A DNA stretch of 64,000 bases. Origin: Candidatus Bathyarchaeota archaeon. GTDB taxonomy: Archaea; Thermoproteota; Bathyarchaeia; Bathyarchaeales; Bathycorpusculaceae. Made by a program: the position numbers and the translations under genes. Under the pieces are notes generated by a model. The model was not told the DNA's origin and ran no database searches. It saw only the letters and a program-made list of their open reading frames with translations. Every line of letters begins with the position of its first letter. Position 1 is the stretch's first letter. Shown one piece after another: positions 19,101 to 30,400 of this stretch. The DNA is taken from contig CAWGZR010000006.1 in NCBI GenBank assembly GCA_963827165.1, positions 32,001-96,000 on the forward strand, in the 5' to 3' direction.

Positions 19101-19508
19101 CGTCGCTTGGTTAACAGTCAAAGGTGTCGGATCGCTAGTATTCTCTTCATAAATGCTATCGCCGTTATAAATTACGTCAAACTGGTAATTGCCAGCAACC
19201 AAAGGAGTATAAGTTGTGGTGGCATAAGCATCACTGTTCAAATTAACCGCAGAACTGATATTGGAGTAAGCCCCACCGCCAATTTCCATCTGAAAAGTTA
19301 CGGTCCCAGAAGGAATACTCATTTGACCGGAAACAGTAACGGATAACGACACAGAAGTACCAAGAGCAGTGGAACCCGAAGGATTCAAAGTTGGCGCAGA
19401 AACCGTCGGCTGAAGCAGAGCTTTGGTCTGCATACTTGTCAATGCGAAAATTGATGCCGAAATTAGAAATGCGATTATTAGGATTTGTATTTTTTTCATG
19501 TTTTTCAT
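16200..19508 (-). CDS. Large membrane-anchored surface protein with Ig-like/PKD-like repeats
   Basis: Signal peptide, repeated PTG.V.FQV...Y.GDSNY Ig modules, VVSGFPS..VAG modules, PT-rich linker, C-terminal TM with RRLRRK. Confidence 0.9.
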   Translation of the reverse strand: MKNMKKIQILIIAFLISASIFALTSMQTKALLQPTVSAPTLNPSGSTALGTSVSLSVTVSGQMSIPSGTVTFQMEIGGGAYSNISSAVNLNSDAYATTTYTPLVAGNYQFDVIYNGDSIYEENTSDPTPLTVNQATATVGAATFSPISPIALGASVMVSATVTGPAEVTAPTGDVQFQVSINSSSYAAFGSPVVLSGSLASTSYTPSTATTYTFKAVYEGDSNYLSAISGGASGTLAVNEATATIGAATFTPASPIILGASVMVSATVTGSGGITAPTGDVQFQVSINGSSYANFGTAIPLSGNSVSVQYTPLIPTTYSFEAVYQGDSNYVPGTGLASGTLTVNKATATVPVPTLSPSGSTTVETSVSLSVTVSGSGATPTGNVTFQVEIGSGGFSNIGSAVSLSSGSASATYTPLTTGSYQFDVVYTGDTNYNGASGSPASLTVNPGSATHFVVSGFPSSTVAGVAHSFTVTAKDAYNNTVTSYAGTVKITSSDSKAVLPANAGLVSGVGSFTVTLKTAGSQSITATDTVTSSITGSQSGILVSAASGDYFVVSGFPSPTVAGVAHTVKVTVYDMSGNVATGYAGTVAITTSDSKAVLPLNSVLTDGTGSFSVVLETVGSQSITATDTVTSSITGLQNDITVNVAGVASFVVSGFPSSTVAGVAHSFTVTAKDAYNNTVTSYAGTVKITSSDSKAVLPANAGLVSGVGSFTVTLKTAGLQSITATDTVTNSITGSLTGITVNATLSVAVSPSSWTMDIGQNNTFSATPGGGSGSYKSYQWYVDGSAQTGAIASTFSFVPGSAGSYLITVTVTDSSGLTSAPSTAANVTVNTSPTVSITPVGPITLDAGQTETFTASASGGSGVVHYQWYEDVTAVGTDSATYSYTATGSSHSITCKVADSASVPITFTSNAVSITVNSPNSTSTPTPPPSTSTPTATPKPKTTPTPTPTEYVTATTSSGAKVDLGISGNITSSQMTNIAITTNQSATTTTVSFTVTGVSGTTGFSNITIPKISVPYGTTPTIYIDGQIAQNQGNTKDTSNYYVWYTTHFSTHQVSIQFGAPLETKGKSISPFLAVGLTVPEIVLIYTVVAVRRLRRKPDEA
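17351..18153. repeat. Exact intragenic direct repeat, 209 bp (17351-17559 = 17945-18153)
   Basis: Sequences read identical at offset 594. Confidence 0.85.
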
Positions 19509-19904
19509 TTTGTTGCTTCTTTTTGACTTAGAATATGACTAATTATCATTAAAGATAAAGCTATTTCCAATTTCGTAATATTGTCTAACACATTTAAACT
19601 TTAAGATTCGAGTGCAGAAAATGAAGATGAAACGACCTTGACGATTAAACTAATGGTTGAGCTTGTCTGTTTATAATGTGAAGCTTGCCTATGAGGCGAT
19701 GACGAGGTATAGAATAGGTTTTTTATGGAAGTAAGATTAAGTCTGCTTGTGCATTATTGAAAAGTCTTGGATAGGAAATCGGTAGGTTTCTTTTGTGGTT
19801 AATTCAGAGAGAGCAGCAGGGTTTTGTGGTTGTGCTGGTGAAGTCACATTCGTTTATAACACAGTCCATATTGTATATTATGACATACGACTGAGGTCTT
19901 TTGA

Positions 19905-20393
19905 ATGCTTTACAAGAGCAACCAGAAAGAGCAACACAAAACCGGAAAAGAAGTTAACAAAAAAGGAATGTTTGTGGCAGTGTGCTTATTGTCCATTATT
20001 GTTCTCGGTGTTGCAATAGCAGGTTTTGGTTCAGACAAATCCATTGTCTACGCGAGTTCAGTGAACGGCCTTGGAGTTGGGATTTACTGGGATCAAACCT
20101 GTACAAACAGAACCCTTTCGCTCGATTGGGGGACCATAGAGGCGGGTTCAAACAATACTTTAACAGTATATATTAAGAATGAAGACAATTCGGCGGTTTC
20201 GTTGTCGTTGGAAACGTCAAACTGGGCGCCATCCGCTTCCTTGAGCTATATGTCTTTAAGTTGGAACTACTCAGGTCAAGTCCTCAGAACAGATCAGGTG
20301 ATTTCTCTGGAACTAACCCTAACTGTGTGCCCCACGATAAGAGGAGTAACCGACTTCAGTTTTGGCACAACTATAACCGCAACCGAGCAGTAG
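19905..20393 (+). CDS. Secreted beta-sandwich protein (paralog of 15051-15506)
   Basis: Hydrophobic N-terminus. GVGIYWDQTCTNRTLSLDWGTIEAG...SNWAP...YMSLSWN. Confidence 0.85.
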   Translation: MLYKSNQKEQHKTGKEVNKKGMFVAVCLLSIIVLGVAIAGFGSDKSIVYASSVNGLGVGIYWDQTCTNRTLSLDWGTIEAGSNNTLTVYIKNEDNSAVSLSLETSNWAPSASLSYMSLSWNYSGQVLRTDQVISLELTLTVCPTIRGVTDFSFGTTITATEQ

Positions 20394-20693
20394 CAAAAGA
20401 ATGAAGTTAATCCTCAACTGGGAAACATATTGAAAGCAACTACTTTTTGAGAGTTGCAACACCTGATGTTTGTGCCAAAGGGAAACCCAAGTACCACAGT
20501 CACGACTAACCTTAAAGAAATGAGCTAAAAACTCTTGAAAGAGGTCGTATATGGCAAAGCATTCAAAAGTTAACCCTTGTTCACTCAATAGGATAACGCA
20601 AAAATCAAGCTTAGTGCATATTCAATTGGCCGTATACAGAAGTAACCGACGAGCGCAATCAGTGGAATAGATTATGATTTCAAACATTCAAGA

Positions 20694-20891
20694 TCATAAT
20701 AAAGATATTACGGCAGTTATCAAGAACAATACGCCCAGCACGAACGCAAAATTGCGAAGTTTCTTAATGTCTGAGATTAGTGTCTTTTCTCCATAGAGAT
20801 AGGGTTCAACTACCGCTGTAACGAGTAGAAGGATGGCGCTCACAGCTAAGAGAGTATATAAATCTTGTAAAGTTATAGGCGGAATTAACAT
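20694..20891 (-). CDS. Small 2-TM membrane protein
   Basis: Two hydrophobic helices, 2 bp downstream of the co-oriented gene at 20894. Confidence 0.7.
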   Translation of the reverse strand: MLIPPITLQDLYTLLAVSAILLLVTAVVEPYLYGEKTLISDIKKLRNFAFVLGVLFLITAVISLL

Positions 20892-20893
20892 TT

Positions 20894-21703
20894 TTAGAGT
20901 TCTTCCATGCGATATTCTATGATCAAGGTTTTAGTTTCGGGGTTTAACGTATCATTTTGTATTGTTATTGGTTTATCTGAGGCTTTGGCAAAGGCACATG
21001 CGAAAGCGCTTGCCAAAATGCATCCGACTTGCGCGTGCGTTCGAGGGTGATTATTTCTGGTTTCTTGGCAAAGTGTGTTGAATACGCTGCCGGTTACTGT
21101 CACGGTTATGGCTTTATCTTGTATTCGAACTTGAGCGTCTTCTGCAAATTTCAGGTTGTGTATTAGTTTCGGGATCATTTCCTGCATCTGAGGAAGATTA
21201 ATTTTTCTAAAAGAGAGACATAGTTCTTGTTCAAACAACAAAGAAAGTTCAAGTCCGGGAGGAGTGAGAAGCAAACCGTTTTTTTGCTCAGTGAATAACT
21301 TGTCGCTTGTTTCATTTGATTCAGGCAATGCCGTGTTAGCCGTTTTAGGTACAAATATGAGGCTAGAATCGAAGTTCCGAATGTTTTGGGGCGGCAAATA
21401 CACGCCCTTTTCGGCTGAGTTAAACTCTTTGAGGGAGCGTTCAATATTGCTTCCGCTTGCGCTTACTGAAGCTTTCAACAGGCTAAGAAACGCTTGTTTT
21501 GTTGGAGTAAAGAAGAGGAGAAGCACACTCCAGAAGGCTACAGAAACCCCCACAATAGCTAGAAATGATGAATCATCAAGTGCCGAGAACACGATCATTA
21601 TCAAGCCGGTTATTAGGACCACGCCTATCACGAGCACTGTGAATATATCGTGGCGGATTCGGGGTTTTTCGATTTGAGACATTTTGTTAACCTTTGTTTG
21701 CAC
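20894..21703 (-). CDS. Hypothetical membrane protein with V4R-like C-terminal domain
   Basis: Two N-terminal TMs, YLPP and PPG motifs, C...GCILASAFACA. Confidence 0.75.
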   Translation of the reverse strand: MQTKVNKMSQIEKPRIRHDIFTVLVIGVVLITGLIMIVFSALDDSSFLAIVGVSVAFWSVLLLFFTPTKQAFLSLLKASVSASGSNIERSLKEFNSAEKGVYLPPQNIRNFDSSLIFVPKTANTALPESNETSDKLFTEQKNGLLLTPPGLELSLLFEQELCLSFRKINLPQMQEMIPKLIHNLKFAEDAQVRIQDKAITVTVTGSVFNTLCQETRNNHPRTHAQVGCILASAFACAFAKASDKPITIQNDTLNPETKTLIIEYRMEEL

Positions 21704-21914
21704 TTTAATTAATATCTTGTTATAAGATCGATTGCCAATCAGAAATTCAATTTTTACAAGTTAGGCTTTTGTTGATCTGAAAGGAAGCTTTTTTTCGCCA
21801 CTTGAGTTTCCTATTGACCAACGGTCGCGGGTTAAAGTCGCATTACGAGGAAGTCATTTAAGACTGTTCTAGTACATGTCAATTGCCCTTGTTTGTTCAA
21901 TGATGAGTGAGTAA

Positions 21915-23021
21915 TTGATTTTGAAGTCCTTATTTAAAATAGCTATCGGTATATTTATGGCAGCCTTATTTATCATGCCCGCCTCCGCAATAAAGGTTCA
22001 ATCCCCAAGTTTAACAAGTTCATTAAAACTTCAAAATTGCACTTGGTTACTTCCGAATGATGAAGGCTTACAATTAATGAATGCTAGCCCTTCAGTTTGG
22101 CGGGCAACTGTAACCAGATTAGAGAGCGTAAACATTAATTGCATAATTGTTTGGGCAGGCTGGTGGAACACAAACCACACCATTAATTATGCGGATTCAA
22201 CAACGGTGTTGACTCGCTTTATAAACAATGTGAAAGTTGTAAATCCAAATTTTGTAGTTCTTGCTCTGGTTAACGGCGACGGTATAGATATCAGCGATTC
22301 TACGTATAGAACGGCGATGCTCAACGCTGTACAGAAACTTTTGTCTTCTGCACCGTTCGATGGTTTAAACGATGACTTAGAGAATTTCACAGGAACAAAC
22401 CAGAATTTAATTGATTATTGGCAAGCTGAAGCTAACATGGTAAAAGGTATGGGTAAGCTAGCGACTGTTGATCTTGGCGTGGATTGGTCTTACAGCATTG
22501 AAGACGTTTACCCGTTTCTAACTAATTTTAATTACATCATGCCAATGTTTTATTGGACAATCGAAAACGCAAACGCATTAGACTACTGGAACAGAATTCT
22601 GACTAATTCGCCTGTACCAGTGATCATGGGGCTAGATGTTGACCAAAACGAGATGAAGGATTTTCCTTTATCGCAACAGTTAAGTTGGATAAATCAGACT
22701 ATGGAAAGCAATCCGCATTCTAACTTGGCAGGGTTTGCAATCTGGGCGTACGATTATTGGGATAATTCAGGCGGAACATCAAACGATTTCGCAGCGTGGG
22801 CTAATTGGCCAACAAAGGGTTCGGTACCTTCCTCAAACCCCATGCCATCTGGAACCATCATTATAATAGTAGTCATAACCGCAACTGTTGCCGCCGCCGC
22901 AGCCTTTCTATTTAAGAATAAGACCAAAAAATTAAACACATCACAAGATCCACCCGTTAACAAGAAGCAGCCTCATTGGTCTCAAGCATTTTCCAGAGGG
23001 CGCAACGGCAAACCAGAGTAA
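21915..23021 (+). CDS. Membrane-anchored GH18-like glycoside hydrolase
   Basis: Signal peptide, FDGLNDDLE (DxxDxDxE-like), YIMPMFY, GFAIWAY, C-terminal TM. Confidence 0.65.
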   Translation: MILKSLFKIAIGIFMAALFIMPASAIKVQSPSLTSSLKLQNCTWLLPNDEGLQLMNASPSVWRATVTRLESVNINCIIVWAGWWNTNHTINYADSTTVLTRFINNVKVVNPNFVVLALVNGDGIDISDSTYRTAMLNAVQKLLSSAPFDGLNDDLENFTGTNQNLIDYWQAEANMVKGMGKLATVDLGVDWSYSIEDVYPFLTNFNYIMPMFYWTIENANALDYWNRILTNSPVPVIMGLDVDQNEMKDFPLSQQLSWINQTMESNPHSNLAGFAIWAYDYWDNSGGTSNDFAAWANWPTKGSVPSSNPMPSGTIIIIVVITATVAAAAAFLFKNKTKKLNTSQDPPVNKKQPHWSQAFSRGRNGKPE

Positions 23022-23439
23022 GCTCATTTTGAGTGGAGGCTTTTGCTTTGCCTAGTACTTTTTTTGCCGACTAAAGACATAGTCCATCAATCACCATACG
23101 ATAATTGCAGCAGACATCATCAAAGTTGGAGCTACTCTGTTTTGTTTGGGCGTACAAAGCAAATAATGCAAATGTTTAGTAGAGTTTGTTGAGGGCGTGC
23201 TTTGCAACTTTCAAGTCAGATAATGTTTATTATGCCCACCCAAAAAATTCTTAGACAAGAGCCAAAAACCAAATACTTTTCAAACAAAGCTGATTGATAA
23301 ACAAATACAGTGTAGATTAATGGTCAAAGAAATCTAGGATATGAATTGAAAATCCTTGTTATTTTAATATTGATAATCAGACCTAAATTTAGCTTTCTTG
23401 TTGATATTGAAGAAAAAAAATAAGAAACATGAAAGTGGA

Positions 23440-23458
23440 AACCCTGTTTAGCAGGGTT
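23440..23458 (-). terminator. Stem-loop downstream of the PQQ-repeat gene
   Basis: AACCCTG-tttag-CAGGGTT, followed on the minus strand by T-rich sequence. Confidence 0.5.
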
Positions 23459-23476
23459 CATTTATGGTTTGTTGTA

Positions 23477-26400
23477 TCACGGGCTCTTTGCTTTAACCGT
23501 TGGTTTTTTTGCTTTTCGTAATACAATCAAGACTACTGCAACTATCACAACGATGACTACGACTACTGTTACTCCGATGCCTACGTCTAGAGCTAAACTT
23601 GACTGAGATTTGCTTGGCGAAGCCGATGGGGTTGGAGATGGCGTTGGTGTTGCAGTAGGTTTAGCTGTTGGCTTAGGTGTAGGAGTTGGAGTAGCTGTTG
23701 GTTTGATTGTTGGAGTAGGTGTAATGATAGGAGCTGATGTCGGATATGGAGTTGGAGACGGAGTTGGAGATGGAGTTGGCGTTGGAGAGGGAGACGGAGT
23801 TGGAGATGACGAAGTTGTTAAAGATTCGGCGGCTGTTATTGTGTCGGTTCCAGTTATTGTTGCTGTTGTAAAGGCAGAGGTTGCATTCGCGAATTCGGTT
23901 GATCCAGTGGTAGATGACCATGAAGAGAATGTATAACCGCTTGCAGAGGTGGCATTTATTTGAAGTGTACCTGCAGTCTGCCAAACACTGGAGCCAGATG
24001 GATTGGTTGAACCGCTTCCTGAAGGACTCACAGCAAAAGTCACCTGATATTGATCATCATAAAGCGGAACGATCGTTATGAGCCCATTTACCGTTCCTGA
24101 TGTGCCTGAAGTTGCAGCCCACTGCTCAGTTCCAGAAGTGATTAGATTATTAACGCTCCAGGTTGAACCAGCATCCAGCCAAACCGTTAGAACAGAAGTC
24201 GTCAAAGTATTCGTAGAAGGTTGACCTAAAGTAATCCCACTAAGAACGACGGGAGAAGAAGGCGTTGAACTGTCAGAAGTCGAGTAACTCGCAGTCACTT
24301 GATACTGAGTCGTGTATACTACGGACTGAGATGCATCAGCATTACTGACTACTATCGGCCCAGAGGAAGTTGAAACATATTGTATTCCTGTGCCGCCTGA
24401 TATTGGGGCTGACGCATTCCATGAGTAACTCCCTGAAGTTACGTCAGTGAATATTATGGAAGTTGTCGTTGACGGTGGTGACATTTGACCATTAAACATT
24501 ACGGTCCAAGATGTTGCAGATGGCAATCCGTTTTCGGTGAAAGTTACAGTGTAGTACGTGCCTAAAGCGTAAACATTACCATCATTAGAACCAACGTAGA
24601 CTATGCCGTTATCAACCGCGGGCGAAGACACAACTGGCCCGCCTGTAGTGTAGCTCCAGAGTTGGGAGCCACTTGAAGCATCCAAAGCATAAATCTTATC
24701 GTCATCTGAGCCTACATAGACCACTCCGTTGACAATTGCGGGAGACGAGTAAACTAAACTACCTGTGGTAAAGCTCCATAGTTTAGCACCAGTTAAAGCA
24801 TCGAAAGCATAGACATTGTGATCATAAGAACCAACGTAGACTACACCATTATATACAGCAGGAGATGACTCGACCGCACTGCCAGTGGTATAATTCCAAA
24901 TTAAACTGCCGCTGGAAGCATCCAAAGCATAGACATTAGCATCATTAGACCCAACGTAAACTACACCATTGACTACAGCAGGAGACGATTCTACAGGAGC
25001 GCCAGTAGTGTAACTCCAGAGTTTGTTGCCGTAGGTAGCGTTCAGAGCATAGACATCACCATTATTCGAGCCTACGTAGACCACGCCGTTGGAAACAGCG
25101 GGAGATGAATAGACAGAGCCGCCTGTGGGAAAGCCCCAAAATTCAATCCCTGTGGTTGCGTTCAATGCATATAGATCGCCGTTACTGGTTCCAATGTAGA
25201 CAACGCCGTCATTAACCGTAGGAGATGAAAAAACGGCGTCGGTTGTGAAGATCCACATTTCAGCCCCAGTGGTGGCATTCAGAGCATAAACATAGCCGTT
25301 ATCCTCGGAAGCGATGTAGACAATGCCGTTATAAACTGAAGGGGATGTGTCGATTAGACCGCCGGTGGTTTCAGTTAGGCTGGTACTGGTGAAGTTCCAT
25401 ATGGCAGCACCGCTTGAAGAATTTAAAGCGTGAACATCACCGTCATAAGAGCCAAAGTAGACGATACCGCCAGATATAGCAGGAGAAGAATCAACTAGGC
25501 CGCCAGTAGTGAAGTTCCACTGTTGGCTGCCAGTTGAAGCATCCAGAGCGTAGACATTGCCATCATAAGAACCGACAAAGAGTAGACCGTTAACGGTGTC
25601 AACAGCTGGAGATGAAAAAACGGGACCGCCAGTGGCAAAACTCCATACCTTTGTACCAGTACCGGCAGTTAAAGCATAGACACTATCATCACCTGAGCCA
25701 ACGTAAACATTCCCGTCGAAAACAGCAGGAGATGACCAAACCTCGCTTCCAGATTTATAGCTCCAGAGCTTAGCGCCAGTCGCAGCATTCAAAGCATAAA
25801 TATAATCATCCCAAGCACCTACGTAGACTACGCCGCCGATGACTGCAGGAGTAGACTGAACTAGTGGGCAGTGGGATTTTGAAACGCCCATATTTTAGCG
25901 CCATTTGTAGCATTTAAGGCATCAACATAACCACCACCAGTACCTATGTAAAGTATGCCATTGACCACATTAGCAGAAGAATCAACTAAATCATCAAAGC
26001 CAGTACCGTAGGTCCATATCTTAGCACCTGTTGTGGCATTGAAAGCATAAACATTATTGTCCCAAGCACCAATATAGAGGAAACCGTTGACGACGACAGG
26101 AGATGAATCAATCGTGCCGGCTGAGGAATCTGTGGAATTGCTCCATATTTTGACACCGGTTGCGGCATTCAAAGCGAAAATATTTCCGGCCCAAGAGGCG
26201 ATGTAAACAGTGCCGCCGACTATAGCAGGGGACGCCCAAACTGAGCTCCCAGTGTTAAAGCTCCACAGTTTAGCACCAGTCGCAGCGTTTAAAGCATAAA
26301 GATTGCCATCCCAAGAGCCGACGTAGACTACGCCGCTATCTACTTTGGGAGATGACCAAACTGCGCTGCCCGTGGTGAAACTCCACAGTTTAGCGCCGTT

Positions 26401-26667
26401 TGTTTCATTTAAGGCATAAACGTTGCCACCATTAGAACCGATGTAGACAATGCCGTTGGCAATAGCAGGAGATGAAACAATCCAGCTGCTCGTGGTGTAT
26501 TTCCATAGTTCGGCACCGCTAGAGGGGTTTGATGTGGAGGCTCCTGTGTGCGTGGTATCGTGGTGGAAGGTCGTCCAATCATCGGTAGCACTCGCCACTC
26601 CAGCATATATAAACGAAAATAATAATACAGCTAAAAGGAACGATATTGCAAGTTTCTTTTTCAACAT
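23477..26667 (-). pseudogene. PQQ-type beta-propeller repeat surface protein split by a 1-nt frameshift (ORFs 25861-26667 and 23477-25891)
   Basis: Continuous SSPA..G.VYVGS.DG..YAL.A.TG...W repeats across both ORFs. One signal peptide and one C-terminal PT linker plus TM. Adding one C at the GGG (25866-25868) fuses them as AKIWAFQNPTAPLVQSTPAV. May be a sequencing error. Confidence 0.85.
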
Positions 26668-27416
26668 TTCACGGTCACCTTACAATTAAATGGTTGAATT
26701 AATAACGAAATTGGAAATTCGACTATTTGGAAAAGTATCTTCTTCATGTTCTTCATCCTCACTTTTCTTGTTTCTCAAGATTTAGTTTTATAAAGAGATC
26801 TCTATTTAGGTTTAATTTCGTTCAAAGAGTATCTACTATCGTGATATAAACGTTTCTTTGAACCAAACCGTTAACTAACTGGATACAGAGCGCTTTTTCA
26901 CAGATTAGTCAAGTAAATTGAGGTAAAGCAGTCATTTTCTCCGCATCTAAGGTGAAAGTCTCGCCCACATTTGCCAGAAGTTCAAAAAATGAAAACAGAA
27001 ATAAAATATTGAAAACGAACAACTTGATTTCGTTCTATTTAATGAGCGAAAAAGCCATAAAAAAACAGCAGTTCATAACGCTTCAAACATATTTCAAAAT
27101 TCCTTTCGAGAAGCCATTGGCATAACCGTGTTTAGCCCATTTTTATTTTCTGAATTTCTTTTTTCCGGTTTAATGTGACTACTGGATAGCTACAATAAAT
27201 GTTTAATTTAATGCTTAAATTCAAATTAACAACATAAATTTCATGACGAAAGCAAGTAATAAGAGTGGACTCAAGCGTTCCTGAGAGGGAAATGGATTAA
27301 CATTTTTGAAAAAGTGATTAAGTAACGATTTTGAAATATTCCGATTTTCGAAATATGCTTAAAATTGAGTTTAAACTATATGTTAAGGAGTTCATTTATT
27401 AGAAATTATTGGAGAT

Positions 27417-30400
27417 GTGAAGAAAGTGCAGAGACCGCTCAAGATTTTCGTAATATCAATCATCATGATAACGATGTTAACTACTGGAATATTTTGTCCA
27501 GCCAAACTGACAAAAGCACAGCAAACATCATCAGGAGTAGTCACGATAGCTTTTGACGATGGTGATCAAGACCAATATAACTATGCGTATCCATTGCTAC
27601 AACAATATGGGATGGCGGGAACATTCTATGTCATTACTGGCTTTCTGGGTACAAGTGGATACATGACAGTTCCAGAGCTTCAAACTATGCAAGCTAACGG
27701 CAGTGAAATAGGCAGTCATAGCGTTGACCACCCAGACTTTACGCAAATATCTGATTCCCAAATTAACGAGGAATGTAATGAATCTCAACAATTCCTTCAA
27801 TCCAATGGTCTCTCAGCTGTAAACTTTGCTTATCCATACGGAGATGCAAATAGCCATACCGACAGCATCGTTCTTCAATATTACAGGTCAGCACGATACT
27901 CATATCAATCAAACTGGCTAAACCCAATATCGCCCTCAACAGATATTCCTATGGGATTTGCAGGCGAAGCAGCAAGTGTCACTACAGCATTATCACAAGA
28001 TGAAGCAGCAGTAGATCAGGCCATAGCAACAAACAGTTGGGTAATCATCTTTTTCCACCACGTTGTCCCTGCAGCGAACGTTGCTTCATATTTGCCGTAT
28101 GGAATAGACACAACTGACTTCAGCACTTTACTCAGTTATATAGCTAATGCACGCGTGGCCAGCGGCCTTAAAGTTTTAACAATTAATCAAGCATTAAATC
28201 TCGGGTCTATTTATCCGCCTTCAACGTCAAATAAGGTTGTTGTCTCACCTTCATCGCCCAATATGGATACTGGTCAAAGTGAGACCTTCGCTGCGTCCGC
28301 TTGGGGCGGCACAAGTCCATATAAGTATCACTGGTACTTCAACGGTCAAAATGTTGGCGCAAACAGCCCGAACTTCACATTTGACTCGTCATCAGTAGGC
28401 TCATTCCCCTTATACGTCAACGTGACTGACTCGTCCAAAACTCCATTAACCATTGAGTCAAGAACTTTGACAATCCAGGTTAACTCGGCATTGGCTACCC
28501 CAACCCTCTCAATTGACCTTGACACAGTTGACCAAGGCCAAACCTCAACCTTAACCTCAACTGACATCACTGGAACCGGCACAAATCCATATACTTACCA
28601 ATGGATGCAAAAAGCTCCTGGAGACTCAAGCTTCTCAACGATTAACAACGCAAATTCACCAAGTTATAACTTTGTCACTGACAGCGCTACAACTACAGGT
28701 GCTTGGAACTTCAAGCTCCAAGTAACTGACAGCGCCGACTCACCATCCACAACAACTTCCAAAGCAGTTACCGTTACAGTGAGCCCTGCACTAGCCACTC
28801 CAACCGCTTACGCCAGTCTTGGCACAATTGACCAAGGCCAAACCTCAAGCCTAACATCAACCGACATCACCCAAACAGGAACAAGCCCATACACATACCA
28901 ATGGATGCAACAATCACCTGGTGATTACAGTTTTTCAATTATTAATAATGCGAAAACAAATAATTATGACTTTGTTACTGACGACGATACAGCAACAGGA
29001 ACCTGGAACTTTGAACTCCAAGTAACTGACAGCGCAGACTCACCAGTAACGTTGATTTCTAATGAAGTCACAGTCGTTGTGAATCCTACATTGTCAACCC
29101 CTGCGATTAATGCTAATTCTGGTTCAGTTGACCAAGGCCAAACCTCAACCTTAACCTCAACTGACATCACTGGAACCGGCACAAATCCATATACTTACCA
29201 ATGGATGCAAAAAGCTCCTGGAGACTCAAGCTTCTCAACGATTAACAACGCAAATTCACCAAGTTATAACTTTGTCACTGACAGCGCTACAACTACAGGT
29301 GCTTGGAACTTCAAGCTCCAAGTAACTGACAGCGCCGACTCACCATCCACAACAACTTCCAAAGCAGTTACCGTTACAGTGAGCCCTGCACTAGCCACTC
29401 CAACCGCTTACGCCAGTCTTGGCACAATTGACCAAGGCCAAACCTCAAGCCTAACATCAACCGACATCACCCAAACAGGAACAAGCCCATACACATACCA
29501 ATGGATGCAACAATCACCAGGTGATGGTTCTTACTATGCGATTAGTAAAGCCATCTCATCTAACTATTCTTTTGAAACGTCCGGTTCTACGATTACGGGA
29601 TCGTGGAGTTTTGAGCTCCAAGTGACAGACAGCGTAGGGACTGTTGTTAATTCTAGCCCTGTCACTATTATGGTGAGTTCTGCCTTGGTTGCTCCAACTG
29701 TTTCGGCTTCTGCGGATACGCTTGATCAGGGCCAAACTTCAACCTTGAGTTCCACAGATATTTCAACGGGCACAAGTTTGTATACATATCAGTGGTTTGC
29801 GAAGGCTCTCGGCGATGGTTCTTACTCGGCGATGAGTGATGCCAGCGCACCTAGCTATTATTTTGACACTTCCAAGTCTACCACAACTGGGGCTTGGTCA
29901 TTTATGCTTCAAGTCACCGATGCTACGGGCGTCGCTGTGAATTCAACTGCGGTCGTGGTTACGGTGAATACCGCACCAGCCGTGAATGTGTCACCTACTT
30001 CCCAAACAATCTATGTTGGGCAGTCTCAAACACTTACTGCCACAGCTTCTTACGGTTCAAGCGACCTAACTTACCAATGGTACCTCAACAATAACCCCAT
30101 CGGAACCAACAGCTCAACCTACAACTATACTCCCGACAATGCGGGCTCAGCCTCAATCTATGTAATACTCATAGACTCCGCCACTAATCCACAAACAGCC
30201 ACCTCTAACACTGCAAAAATAATTATAAACGCGCTAACCATAACCACAACTGCAGGAACAGGCGGTACCATAACCCCTTCAGGGATCGTATCTGTCAACT
30301 ATGGTAGCAACCAAACCTTCAACATAACTCCAAACACTGGCTACACTACAACACAAGTTACAGTAAACGGAAACCCAATCGGCTCAGCTAGTTCATACAC

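Noticed and set aside
23610-23984. GVGVG- and SNS-repeat ORFs (also 16486-16857, 30341-30586, 43221-43436)
   Set aside because: Shadow frames of Pro/Thr linkers in real surface-protein genes.
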